Source: Veleropilina oligotropha (lineage: Eukaryota). Taken from it: a DNA stretch of 64,000 nucleotides. Below, one piece after another: positions 36,081 to 48,790 of this stretch. The stretch spans positions 62,001 to 126,000 of the forward strand of contig JBEUKZ010000130.1 of the NCBI GenBank assembly GCA_048128005.1, given 5' to 3'. The position numbers were made by a program, and so were the translations under genes. Position 1 is the stretch's first letter. The number at the start of each line of letters is the position of its first letter. The notes under the pieces were generated by a model. The model ran no database searches. It worked only from the letters and a program-made list of their open reading frames with translations, and was not told where the DNA came from.

Positions 36081-38379
36081 TTATTATTCCGGCTGAGTTT
36101 TGTACCAGTGATAACTTCCAAACCGCTTAAATCAAAAACTCTAAAAATGGTAAACATGTAGCTATGGTACTGAAGTTGAATCGCACTTAATTTCTGCTAT
36201 GCGGCGCCACTGGCTTAGCGGCAATTAAGGTTTTTTCTTTAAAAAAACACCTTTTTATACCATCTTCTTCGGCCAAACGGCTAAAGTGAGCTACGCGATG
36301 TTCCTAAATAATGATCTTCACTATGTGAAGAACAATGTTTGAAAGCGAAAATGTTATCGGAACAAAAGCAAGGCAGTTACGGCCATCTGAATCTCTCAAT
36401 AATTTTGAAAAAATCACACTTTTTTATTTCAGCGGTCACCATTATCCGATTTAAGTAAAATTTTCACTGAAACTATACTGTATTAAGATCATTTTAATTG
36501 GAAATTTTGGCATGCATATGATCAATATTTTTTATGTTTATAAGACATATTTTTATTCCTACTACAGTCTTACGAAGGCGATTACAGCATTTATGATGTT
36601 ATCATGAATGAAGTAGTGGCATTTTATGATCTGGTCTTGCAGATGTCCTAAAGGCTGCCTGGTGTAGGCAGTTTATGATGCTGATTTATTGACTCTACAC
36701 GCATGTACCCAGTCCCAGTGACCAGTTCTATATATTTATAATTATTAGGGCTTCAGGTTTGGAAAAAGGGCTGAAGGCCTCGACATTACTGAAAATGTTT
36801 AAAGGGGCTATATCTTGTAAACGGTGCATCTTAGTCATATAGTTACTATGGGGAGCTTATGGGAAGTCATGGGTAAACTTTCGAAAATGACCTTGACCTT
36901 TGACCTCAGTGACCTAATTAGCGAAAAATTGCCGAACTCGGAAAAACCGCAGGGGATGGAGTGCAATGGGTAGTGGGAACGTATTTGACATCGCATTTCC
37001 AAGATGGCGGAAATCGGACGCCATTATGGAAATTGTTTCAAGGGGCTGTATCTTGTAAACGGTGCATCTTAGACATATAGTTACAATGGGGAGCCTATGG
37101 GAAGTCATGGGTAAGCTTTCAAAAATGACCATGACCTTTGACCTCAGATGACCCAGTTAGCTGTAATTGACCTAATTCCATGATTTTGGGGTAGAAAGCT
37201 GAAATTTGGTTTGCAGGTAGATATGGTGTTTATTAAGCGCCTGTACATTTTTCAGCTAGGTGGCGCCACTGGTTCGGCAGTAATTGACCTAATTCCATGA
37301 TTTTGTGGGTAGAAAGCTGAAATTTGGTTTGCAGGTAGATATGGTGTTTATTAAGCGCCTGTACATTTTTCAGCTAGGTGCCGCCACTGGTTTGGCAGTA
37401 ATTGACCTAATTCGAAGATTTTTGGGGTAGAAAGCTGAAATTTGGTTTTCAGGTAGATATGGTGTTCATTAAGCGCCTGTAAACTTTTCAGCTAAGTGGC
37501 GCCACTGGTTCGGCAGTAATTGACCTAATTCGATGATATGGCGGGTAGAAAGCTGAAATTTGGTGTGTGGGTAGATGCTGTGTTTGCGAGTGCCTGTAAA
37601 CTGGTCCCTGAATTGGAGCCCTAACAGCTGCTTGCAGCTTTAATTGAAATTATTATTGTAACTGGACAAGATATGTTATTGTCAAGTAGAAAGCTATCTT
37701 ACTTGACGAGCAGAAGCCTGTGCTCCAATTGGGTCAATTGGAAATGCACTCTGTGCGAGGTAATTAAATGCGGAGCGTATTTAATTATTTTTAAATATTC
37801 AGTAGCGATTAATTTAAACGGTTTTCTTTACTATCATGTTTTATGTTGTTTAATAAATAGACAGTTTCTTGTTTAGTTTTTATAAGATAGGTCAAATCAT
37901 TGTACAGTATCAGGGTTTCCGCCAGGAGGGTAAAACTACATACCCCCAAAAAAGAAGAGAATGGGGATACATATGTACCCAAAATAGTTTATATATTATA
38001 TATAGGGGCCTATATATATTTTTTGTGATTGTCAGAACACGATATTCTGTGACACACTAACATCGTCACTGAAAAGCTCTGACAGTTGTTGCCAAATGAA
38101 TTTCGTGACTTAATTTCTAATAAAATATAATAGGTCAAAGAATAAATTATATCAATAAAATCAGACAAGTCTTTTTATTTCATAAAATTTGCTTAATTAA
38201 TCGACACCCAGCTTGGAGTCGTATGATATCTAGGTCACTGTCGTCTGCTATTGGTACAGCTGCAAAATCCCACCTCAGAATTCTACGTAGTGTTCTATTT
38301 ATAGAAATGGGAAATCTGTCATCATTTACATATTACCGAAGGTAAAATATAATCAGTATTTGACCAGAGTTTGCGGAGT

Positions 38380-39662
38380 TAAGGCCCGGGGTGCCACTAT
38401 AAAAGGCGACAGGCGGAGCCCGATCTCATTTCAGATTTTGCAGGCAAGGGAAGAACATCAAATTTCGACATACGATTGGTTGACAAGTGGTTGAAACGAG
38501 GCTGCGACTTTGATTGACAGCCTCGTAACAAAAAACTAATTGCAATGCAATGGTGTGTTTTGATAGTGTAGGCGATTAGGTACTAATGTCAATATTGGAA
38601 CAGTGAACAATAGCCTAATATTATATGCATGGTCTAGAAAAACGTTATGTCTAGAACTACAGAGTGTTAATTGATAATTACAAAATGATGATAAATCAAA
38701 CAATATGCCATGCTCTATATTTTACTTACAATGGGGGTGCCATACCTAAAATTTAGTCTCTGTAACAGTTTTTATTGTCAAAGGTGAGAAGCAGTCACAG
38801 CTTCAATGGCAGTATTTTTTGGATTCGTTTAAAGTTATTGTCCAATGATTTTGTGCGTTCAGCGTTGTAACAACAAAGCAATGAGGTGCCTCAGCGTGGT
38901 CGAAATATAAAACTACATCACTGTGGGTCTAATTGAATAATTCACGACGTTCGATTCTAAAATATATATAGACATAAGTAGACAACATCAGGCCTGCCGA
39001 CAAAGTGAATTCGATCCGTACACACGTGCAGTATGCTACGCGCAACTGTGATAGATGTGCAGCAAATCTAAGATCTTCTTTGGACAACATCGTTCAACAT
39101 TACAAAAATGAAAACAGTAATCCAAAAAGTCGCTGCAAGACTCAAATAAATAATGAGCCAAGCAAACAGATCATCACATCGGAATTTGCTGATAATTTGT
39201 CACGAAATTCAATAAGAAAGTCAATAGTATACACGTCACCAGAAAACTGCATTATGGCAATGGACACCCATTACGTGGAATCATTTAACAATGCGTTAAA
39301 AATATATATCATGACAAGCGTATTGTTTTCGAGGAAAATAATACCAATGTCTTACAAAACTTGGTCGGAACTTAGGAGATATTAAATTGTGCATTGTTGT
39401 CGATGAAATGCTTTTCCTGGCAGTGTATTTGGATTAAAATAAACTTATTATTATTTATATTTGGATTAAAATAACATGTGCATTAATCTACTGCAGTCTT
39501 GATTTTATTAGAGTAATTTAGTTACAACGTTTGGCCTTTGTTGTTACAACAATTATCACCTGCAAAAGTGACTGGCCATATTGAAGAGCGGACGAAGTAG
39601 GGCCACGCCCTAACTAGAAGGCCAAGCCTATCCACCACCCGGTCGCAGATTCCGGCCTTTAA
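38380..39662 (+). mobile_element. Decayed Kolobok-like DNA transposon
   Basis: TTAAGGCCCGG left end and CCGGCCTTTAA right end; ORF remnant 39005-39385 (NIVQHYKN..SRC..DTHYVESFNN) resembles a transposase C-terminus. Confidence 0.5.
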
Positions 39663-40447
39663 CCAATCAAGAGTAGCCAAAACGGAAAATGTTAGCTATT
39701 TGCATAACCCGAAGATGACGTGCCAAGCGAGGTTACACGAGCAAGGATCCAGGCAGAACAAATATTTGCAATGTTAAATATTATTAAATGACTATATTCA
39801 TAAATTATTTACACGCTTGACTAAATAAGTGACATTATTCCGACTTTGGCCAAAATAATGCAATGCATATTGCAATTACATAAACTCATGGATGCGAGGT
39901 TTCTATAGGACGTCATTACGTGTTGATAAAATGTCGCCAGGAAATTACATTGAAATGATTTTCGGCAGTAGACTAGTGAAAGGAGAACTTTATTAGTCAT
40001 TAAATAAATGTGTTCCGACGACAATTATGAAGTTACGTGTGATCCTGTGTTATCTTCTGATATATCAGGAGAGGCCGTTTCACAGCGAGGAAAATATAAA
40101 TTTTCACAGAGGCGGGGAACTTAAGGTCCCCGTCTCATACTGTTGACCTACGGTCGCAAATAAGTCTACCCAAAAATATTTTCCTGGCAGAAACCCTGAG
40201 TATATGCTATTTGAAAAGGCACAGCAAAGGTCAAACGATCTCGTAGAATGTATGGGGATTGTGAACAGTAACATGAATTTCAGAAATATACCGGTAGTAC
40301 ATCTGTAAATGTTGTATAATACATTAAGTAATATAATTGGATTTTCAGAGTTCACAGTCCATTTGCATCCTTTGTAAGTAGACACTAACATCGTTGACAT
40401 TGAACTCTTTAAATTTGATTTCAATTATTTCATTATTTTCCCTTCAG

Positions 40448-40567
40448 GTGTTAATCAGGTCAACCTTCTTGGTCGGGTCGGACAAGATGCAGAATACAGA
40501 GGCAACGAATCACATCCAGTCGTGTTGTTCTCTGTGGCGACCAATGTGTCGTACACTCGCCAAGATG
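40448..40567 (+). CDS. SSBP1: SSBP1 coding exon (OB-fold start)
   Basis: ccttcag/gtgggt boundaries; VNQVNLLGRVGQDAEYRGNESHPVVLFSVATNVSYTRQD. Confidence 0.95.
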
Positions 40568-41424
40568 GTGGGTAAAAGTGATTAGTTCTGAAATTAAGGG
40601 ATGGCTTAAATGCCTGCCGGTGAATTTGGTCTTCGAGTTAGGGGTGTGGAATTAAATCATCAGCTTATCAAGTGCGTCTGTCAAGTCTGTAAGTGATAAT
40701 TTCTGTAACAACAAAAAACACTCTTTAATTGGATTACTGTTGTTTCAACCATGTATCGACCAATTATATGTCAACGCATCAACCTGCTCTGGTTGCTTTC
40801 CAAATGAGACATCAGCTCACCACCTGCTCTCGCCTTGTATAGTCACAGTCCGGCCTTTAACTGCTTTAACACAAATTTAATTTGAGTGCCATGCGTATCA
40901 TCAGAGTGAATGTTCTAAGTAAAAGGGCCTCTCTCAATTCACCCATTTGACAGCTATATCTAACAGTCGTGGGTTCAAATCCTTGATCGAGCACTTGTTC
41001 AGTTAACATTCACTGTTGTCCGTATCTGCCCGTTGAGATATAATCATATTTAATAGCTATTAACTGACCAAAGAGTGCCTCACCATAGTTACCAAGGATC
41101 CCAACCCACTCCTGCTAGACAGAGCAGTCAAGCAAATGAAGTCCGAGTCTGTTTCTGAGTCTATGCTTCTCGGCTGCCAGGGTGTTATTATTTTCTCATC
41201 GGTTTGATATCTGGGAGTTGCTTAAAATATTCTTGACATTCAGTTCATATGGTGATAGTTTGGGGGTCGACATTTACTTAGAGTTGACTTTGATATGCCC
41301 GAGAAAATAGTAGAGTGTGGTATTTGGAAAATTATCATAACAGTAAATTACAGTAAAATTATCGTATTATGTTGTGAATAGCTTTTGATTGTAGATTTAA
41401 TATTTTACCATTCATTGCTTCTAG

Positions 41425-41512
41425 GCGAGTTGTATACACGGACCGACTGGCACCGTATTAGCGTGTTCAGACCCTTTATCAGGGACAAAGTGGCAGCCAA
41501 TCTGAGAAAAGG
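41425..41512 (+). CDS. SSBP1: SSBP1 coding exon
   Basis: ttctag/gtgaga boundaries; GELYTRTDWHRISVFRPFIRDKVAANLRKG (WHRISVF signature). Confidence 0.96.
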
Positions 41513-41777
41513 GTGAGAGTGCCTTTTAAATTATAATATGTATACATATGCAAGGCTAGAAATGCAAATTTAAAAACACTGGTCCAATGGACCACCAGAA
41601 ATTTTAAACACTTGTCAAATTCAAAATTTACTGGTCATAAAGTAATGATCAATAGCCTACATATATTATATAGGCTATAATAACTTTACAAAGAACTAAT
41701 GTGTGTGATAACAATTAATAGAAAGCAGGTATTGTGGTGTGTTAAAATGGACTGGTTTTCTACAATTTTTCCTGGTT

Positions 41778-42040
41778 TGAGACCAGTAACACCATGCTTA
41801 TTTGAAACCCTGATTTGTCTGTACTGGTTCGAGACCAGTAACACCATGCTTATTTCAAGCCCTGATATGTCTGTACTGGTTCGAGACCAGTAACACCATG
41901 CTTATTTCAAGCCCTGATATGTCTGTACTGATTCGAGACCAGTAACACCATGCTTATTTCAAGCCCTGATATGTCTGTAGGCCTACTGATTCGAGACCAG
42001 TAACACCATGCTTATTTCAAGCCCTGATATGTATGTACTG
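41778..42040. repeat. Intronic minisatellite, ~52-bp unit, about 5 copies
   Basis: GAGACCAGTAACACCATGCTTATTTCAAGCCCTGATATGTCTGTACTG repeated. Confidence 0.9.
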
Positions 42041-42112
42041 TTCGTAGTAACGATTGTTAGTTCAGACTCATTCTTGCGATGTTATACATTATAGCAAATG
42101 AAATCTTGAACA

Positions 42113-42331
42113 TTTTTTATGCCACCACCAATTTATTGGGGTGGCATTTAGATTTACTCTTGTCCGTCCCGTCCGTCCATCCCGTCCCGAAACCAGTATT
42201 TGCGTGTAAGCAACTCCAATCTGCTATAACTTCTATTTGCCTTCATGGATTGACTTGATACTTTGTACACTGCCCCTATGGTCAAGGCTGCCAGTGGGGG
42301 CATTCGTGTCCGATGGACATATTTCTAGTTT
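42113..42331 (+). mobile_element. Short HINE/DINE-1-like element
   Basis: TTTTTATGCCACC..GGTGGCAT, (GTCC)n microsatellite, GGGGGCAT subterminal repeat, TGTCCGATGGACA hairpin; near-identical longer copy at 61993-62390. Confidence 0.75.
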
Positions 42332-42540
42332 TCATTGAATATTAATATGAAGATTGTCATTCTGTCCTCCGTGTAAATGATCTTTTCCAGAGCGCATCTC
42401 ATAAACTGTTCAATGTATTATTATGAAACTTGGTGGTTGTAGTTGGTGAACTGGTGCCTTTTCCTAATGTTGACAATGTGTGTCGATGATGGACAGAGTT
42501 ATTATGGCTGAATACAATTTACATCGTCCCATTTAACTGT

Positions 42541-42712
42541 CCTCTATTGCTTAACTGCTAAGAGCATCAGAAAAATGTTAAGTGGAACGGTAGGATATGG
42601 GTTCAAACCCCCGCTCCGGCGTGGCTAATAATATTCTAATGCTTAAAACTAATAGAAGTCATATCCGTAATGTATGTCAGTGAGATCACAAATTTACCTA
42701 ACTACCTACCTC
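42541..42712 (+). mobile_element. Decayed tRNA-head SINE (same family as 56555-56779)
   Basis: B-box GGGTTCAAACCC, shared GCTTAAAACTAATAGA..CATATCC body, (CTAC)n tail. Confidence 0.55.
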
Positions 42713-42743
42713 GTCCATTAATTGGTATTTTTTTGCTTGTCAG

Positions 42744-42832
42744 GGATCGGGTGTATGTGTCGGGCCAAATTCAATATGACGAATACCGGGACAGGAACGA
42801 TGTCATGCAGAGATCAACCAGCATCATAGCCG
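42744..42832 (+). CDS. SSBP1: SSBP1 coding exon
   Basis: ttgtcag/gtgagt boundaries; DRVYVSGQIQYDEYRDRNDVMQRSTSIIA. Confidence 0.95.
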
Positions 42833-43304
42833 GTGAGTGGTCAGCCTAATGGTGATCATATATTGGCCGGCATTATTCAATAACCCGTCCTAGTCGTCTG
42901 CCATTGGCCGGTGAGAGCATATTTCTCATGGTGACCCATCTTTCCTCTCTTGATCATATTGCTTGACTCTGATATATTTGCTATTTTCAAAAGTTGAAGA
43001 GTTTCATTTTGTTTCAAAAATTATTGTTTGCTTTCAGTTAATGTTTCTTTTAGGGCAGGTTTGGATAGATAAATGTGTCTTGTTCTCCGATGCAGTAAAT
43101 GATTTATTATTATCCCATGCAACAACAAAGTTGTCGGAGGATATAGAAACGAGTTCAATCTGTGCATCCGACCCGATGGGCTATCGATGAGTATGTCTTT
43201 GGTCATCATCGTTATGTTTTCACAAAGAAGTGAATTGAGCACGAGCTTTATTCAACAAAACATTAACATAAACAATTTCCTAAAATATTATTTTATTCTT
43301 ACAG

Positions 43305-43357
43305 GTGAAATCATTAACCTTACCCGAAAATTCTTGGATGAGAAAGACAATATGTGA
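43305..43357 (+). CDS. SSBP1: SSBP1 last coding exon
   Basis: ttacag acceptor; GEIINLTRKFLDEKDNM then TGA; phase compatible with the previous exon. Confidence 0.88.
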
Positions 43358-45504
43358 AGTATAAAAGACTTATAAGGAACTGATGTGTTCTTTAGGAACA
43401 ATGTGATATTTCTTGGTCGAGAACTGTGGCTTGTGATCTCCTAAGAGTGTGCGTGCAGCGATCTTTTGTAAACTGACTTTAGTGGTAATCCGCTGTCTGT
43501 ACGTCATTCAAATCATCTGCCATTGTTACCTCAATTAATAATGATATGTGTGTGTGATGTATCAAATAGCTTTAATAGCTCCTATATAATATTAATATAA
43601 ATGTACCATACTGTGAAACTTCTTTGAGTGACAAAGTATACTTTCATATGCTGTGGCACATCTGTTATCTTAAAGTTTGTGTATTGTATTACCCTGATGA
43701 GAAGCTAACGATCAAAAGCTTAAGCCATGAGAGAATTGGCACATGGTATTAATATATGATACATCCACAGAATCTGAGATACTTTCAATCTTGTAATAAA
43801 AATCAAAAAACAGTTGCATGAGGTGGGCACTCGCACCTCTGCAAAAGTCTCACTGGAGGTTGTTGAGTAATATCCGTATCCAGAGCATGGTTGATCAGTT
43901 ATCTTACTTTGATCATAAATAGCTTCCAGCACTAATGGAGGCAGCCCGGCCCACCATAATATATTGAAAACAACTTTGATTATTGGGAATTGTTTAGTCT
44001 TAGATCGTTGACATAAGACAAATGGAAACAAAACTGGTCATCACCGCCATTAATTCTGGTAACGATCCCTGATGAAATTGGGATGTTTCCGATAAACATT
44101 GTATCCTAAGTTGATTATTCTAGCGATTCTGCATTCAAATATTGACCAATGAAAATTGCGCGCTGCATTTCTTGATCAACAAATGTGTTCTTGGGTCATG
44201 CTTTATGGCTTGGGGATGTGATGTTACATGAGGTAGGAGCTGTTTAACAAATTACCATTGATACATAAGAGCGCAGATTGTAAGCAGCATTTTATCGAGT
44301 GGAGTGTACTTTCCTGTTCTAAAGAGTGTCCCTTATACGCCAATTTACGGAACGTATTGGTCTGGCGGATTAAAGTTGTCCACTCGATAACTGGAATATT
44401 TTTCATCCAATCTTCACCAAACTTGGTGATGTTTCGTCAAGTTCGATAGCCAGCATCATTAAACAGTTGGACCAGAGTTATGCCCTTGAAATATGCAAAA
44501 TTGTCATATTATACAGTGTCCGCTCGATAAACAATTTTTTCCATTCACAAAGCATGGTTATAATGTTTGTGAAAATAAGACCGCAGCCATTTTCGTTAGC
44601 CACCATCATCGGACCTTTAGATCCAGAGTTATTACCCTTTAATTCTGTATAATTGTAACGTCTGTGCAATATCTCAAGCAATTTTCACCAAACTTGGTAT
44701 TGGATGTTTAGAACAATAATATATATGCCAACTTCGATCGTCAGCATCATCGGGCCGTTGGAACCAGTTATATTAACCTTGAATTATGTAAAATGGACAT
44801 CTTGGTTGGACATTGGCAAGTCTGTAACTGGTCGGAGAGGGCAGGTTTTCGGGGCTTTCCTCTCGTGATAATATGGATGTGTCCTCATATGAACTCGATA
44901 GTTTTAAATATACAGGACATTAAGCATCGATCAAGGCCGAATGCAGACAAACATTGAAGTACATTGGAGTTTACCGTGTATTGTTGTAATGCATCAATTG
45001 TGAGCAGCGCTATTGCTATTTAGTTTTCATTCCTTGTGTGGAACCCCATTGTTGTCATACCCCTATTTCTTGCTAAAAGTCAAAAGTGTCTGTTGAATAT
45101 TCAGTTTTCATATATGATCCATAATCCATTGGATGTAGACAACATTTACATGCTAGGTAGAACTACTGTTCCTCAAGGTTAACATTGTACATGTAGTACT
45201 GACGATTGCGCGTATGGTATTCATGTTACTCATAGTTTAGATTACTTTGTAGTATAAACTTTATATTTTGATATTAAAAAGTTTCATTTTACATAAATCC
45301 ATTGTTATTTAGATGTGTCTTCATGTTTCACTGCCATTAAGTTTAAAGGACACACATAGGGCCTAAATTGGACACTTTACTGTCCAATGACTCGCTGTTT
45401 TGCCAATATTTGCCTATTGCCAAATGCATGTATTGTTAACTAGAGACAGCGGTCATGAATACCCATCTTACGGTAAAGTTAGAGGTATGTGACCTTGAAA
45501 AATA

Positions 45505-45735
45505 GGTCAAGGTCACATGTCTCTGAACTCGTCCCAGGGCACCTGTTCAATACAGCGAGGCTGCAGGGCAAGGTCACACATCTCTGAACTCATCCCACTG
45601 GGCACCTGTGAAATACAGAGGCTACAGGTCAAGGTCACACGTCTGAACTCATCCCACTGGGCACCTGTGAAATTCAGAGGCTGCAGGTCAAGTTCAGATG
45701 TCTCTGAACTCGTCCCAGGGCACCTGTGCAATACA
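45505..45735. repeat. ~60-bp tandem repeat, interrupted at 45735 and resuming at 61664
   Basis: CAAGGTCACA..TCTGAACTC.TCCCA..GGCACCTGT..AATACAG..AGGCTGC units. Confidence 0.8.
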
Positions 45736-46435
45736 CAGGGATGGGAATCTTCCGCGGATCCGCCGAATTCCTCTATTTTTTGGCTCTCAGGGTCGATATT
45801 GTGAAACGTCCAAATCCGATGAGATATTTTAGGGGGGTGAGGTGTTTATTTTTGAAAATAGTATCATAAACATTACTTCAGTAGTAAAAAGATAATATAT
45901 ATCTTGTATTTTCTTATAAACTACCCACCTTCAGTTCAGATATCAACTGCATTTATTAGCAGTTAGCCTTTTTGACTTGGTACGAACCCGTTCTTGGACG
46001 CATTTTTATTCAATACCAAATGTAAATACAGATTTAAACTCGGAAATGTTCGGATATTTTCGGGATTTCCGACCCTTTAGTTTTTCGACTATCGTATCGT
46101 TTCGTATATTTCCGGGCGCCATGCATTTGACATCGGAAATACCAGAATGGTTTGCACTCTTCAATATCGATTGGATAAAAGGTGACGTCGCTCTCAATTT
46201 TTAACCAATCACAGACTTCGTTAGTAACAGCCTACGCTTGGATATTTTGAGGGAGACTAAGCGATAGTGAAACTAATTGACAAAGATGTTGGAAGCAAAT
46301 GTCGCTGGTCATGCCTAGACAAGATAGTGACGTTAAGTGTCAAAATCGGAAACAACACGGAAGTATTTGTTGAAAAATTATCGTATTATATAGCGAAATG
46401 TACGGAAGCCCATTCCGGTCTCGTAAAAAATTAAA

Positions 46436-46830
46436 TAAAAGTCGTTTGTACCACTTTTTATCTCGTTTGTACCACTTAAAAAGTCGTTTGTACCACTTAA
46501 AAAGTCGTTTGTACCACTTAAAAAGTCGTTTGTACCACTTTTTATCTCGTTTGTACCACTTTTAAAAGTCGTTTGTACCACTTTTAAAAGTCGTTTGTAC
46601 CACTTTTTATCTCGTTTGTACCACTTAAAAAGTCGTTTGTACCACTTTAAAAAGTCGTTTGTACCACTTAAAAAGTCGTTTGTACCACTTTTTATCTCGT
46701 TTGTACCACTTAAAAAGTCGTTTGTACCACTTTAAAAAGTCATTTGTACCACTTAAAAAGTCGTTTGTACCACTTTTTTATCTCGTTTGTACCACTTTAA
46801 AAAGTCGTTTGTACCACTTTTTGTACCACA
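46436..46830 (+). repeat. Subterminal 21-22-bp tandem array in the left IS3EU TIR
   Basis: (AAAAAGTCGTTTGTACCACTT / TTTATCTCGTTTGTACCACTT)n. Confidence 0.93.
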
Positions 46831-48059
46831 TATTAAAAGTATAAAGAATTTCACGGTGTATTATTTTACCGCGCAAGCTAACAACGTTTAAAGTGACGAT
46901 TGACCTATTTAACGCAACGCTTTAGTTGCCGCTGTAGCAAGAGCAGACGAAGAAGACGCTTACGCTTTACAGGTACGTGCAAATTTGGTTTCTGTACATG
47001 TATAGGTGGGTCCGACCGGTGGCCAAGTGAATAAAGAGTTCACACCAAGTCTACTTCTAGTGGCATAACGGGATACGATGTAATGTTGTTGATCGGCAGT
47101 TACAATGGCCATGCCGTCTCACACTGGTGAAATCTGCAGGTCGACATATGTTTTGACGAAATCCGCAAATATACATCGTTTTGAATCATTATACATCTAT
47201 ATTAGTTGTAATTTTATTCACGAAGAAGGTAAAACAATCACTTTTTAAAATGAAAACATTAATGTATAATTAAATCATGTATTTATTTACTTGCAATTTT
47301 CTCTGATCTCAGCATGCCTTCGTGACCCAGTTTTATAAATTGTGTGGCGAACAGTCGAACAACGTTGTCGGTTAAAGGGACTGATTCCACTTCAGTCCGC
47401 AAATACGGTTTGAACGCCAATTAACCTACCTCTTTCTGTATGTATTATGTATAAATTTATGCTGGTTTGCTAATTACCACATCATAAAATAAAAATGTAA
47501 GATATAGTAATGAACATTTAAAATGTCGATATTTAATAAAAGGCGAGCTGTTTATTAACGGCTACACTTCACGTCGGTGTCTGGGGTTTTCGCCCGAATG
47601 AAGTTCGTGCACACACAAACACACACACATAGCCTATATATTTATTAAATGCCAGTGGTTTTCTCATGTCTTTTCGCGCGCAGTTTTCCGAGACCCTGTA
47701 TCACACTCAGAAAACATCTCCTACTTATATATTCAAAATGGGTGCAAAATCATAGGAAGTACTTCAGGTCACTGAAAACACATGTATGTTTGATTTTACT
47801 TTGTTTATTTATGAAATATATCTTGTAGCTTAAATTGCATTATTGTTATATCCATAAAATATGAATTGGTATTAAAAATCACAAATGCGTTCAGTAAGTA
47901 CTATAACATTTTGAAGACGAAAAGATTATTTGACAAATTGGGCCAACACGCAATGCCATTGTCATGATAGCGTTTTAGATTGTTGTGAAGTGACGTTATA
48001 TTTATGTACATGTATGTGTTTTCTCAATAAATCAATAGAGCCAAGTGTCTGCTAAGCTC

Positions 48060-48790
48060 CATTTCTGTAGGTGACTCTGAAATAGCGTTCAGCCCTACCG
48101 TGAAAAATCTTGGTGTACTCTTCGACTCGAACCTTTCACTTGAATCACATGTGAATGCTGTGAATAGGTCATGCTACTTTCATCTCCGGAATATCGCCAA
48201 TATTCGTCATCTGATCACATATAACGCAGCCCATCATCTGGTAAGATCCCTAATCCTCTCAAGATTGGACTATTGTAATAGTCTAATGGGAAATGCTCGT
48301 CAGGATCTAATCTCCAAACTCCAACGTGTCCAAAACTCCGCGGCTAGACTCATCAGTAAAACCAAGAAGCACTCTCACATCTCTCCTGTTCTAATCCAGC
48401 TTCATTGGTTACCTATACAAGCCAGAATTGATTACAAAATCCTTAGCCTTACATACAAATGTGTCAATGGACCAGCTCCTGCCTATCTCTCGGATCTTGT
48501 CCAACAATATGTGCCTAAAAGAACCATCAGATCAGCCTGTATCTCTCAGCTTGTCGTGCCTGCAGCACGCTTGAAGTCATACGGATGTCGTTCGTTCTCA
48601 TTTACATCTGCGTCACTCTGGAATTCACTACCCCTAACTATATAGGAATCTCCATCATTGAACATTTTCCAGTCAGGGCTCAAAACACACTTGTTCCATA
48701 AATATCACCATGTGTAACGACTGCGCCACGAGAAATCACCTAGTGTTTGGAATTTTGTGCGCATTACAAGATGACTTTTATTATTATTTT
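48060..48790 (+). mobile_element. 5'-truncated L2-type LINE (RT C-terminus, 3' tail)
   Basis: KNLGVLFDSNLS, LILSRLDYCNS, KLQRVQNSAAR, LHWLP, WNSLP; tail GCGCATTACAAG..TTATTATT. Confidence 0.88.

Larger units (their letters stand above)
23978..37645 (+). mobile_element. Head-to-tail array of Helentron-like non-autonomous elements (HINE/DINE-like), about 4 units
   Basis: 5' hairpin TAGGGCTCCAA..GGAGCCCTA (x3 at 23978-24140) followed by (ATT)n; internal ~120-bp tandem repeats; 3' TTGGAGCCC plus AGCTGCTTGCAGCT hairpin and TTAATT ending at ~27218, 31514, 36046 and 37645; no TSD seen. Family assignment is from structure only. Confidence 0.7.

Noticed and set aside
24033..37132. Repeated short ORFs (MTFALNIF.., MVIFESLP.., MSKMHRLQ..)
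   Set aside because: Recurrence reflects DNA repeats; no protein motifs recognised
37668..37746. ~80-bp match to 49520-49605
   Set aside because: Short dispersed repeat fragment with no definable ends or coding signal
39595..39720. GC-box, CCAAT and CGGAA motifs as an SSBP1 promoter
   Set aside because: A phase-compatible coding exon lies 35 kb upstream, and the motifs straddle a Kolobok-like end
43690..44105. Two CCCTGATGA motifs ~375 bp apart suggesting Penelope/retrozyme hammerheads
   Set aside because: The GAAA core is absent (CAAAA, GATAAA) and I could not build stems I-III or a cleavage triplet; at most degenerate relics
46436..46830. CRISPR-like appearance of the regular short repeats (also 60088-60577)
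   Set aside because: No unique spacers and no cas genes; the arrays are mirror-image parts of a transposon TIR in eukaryotic DNA
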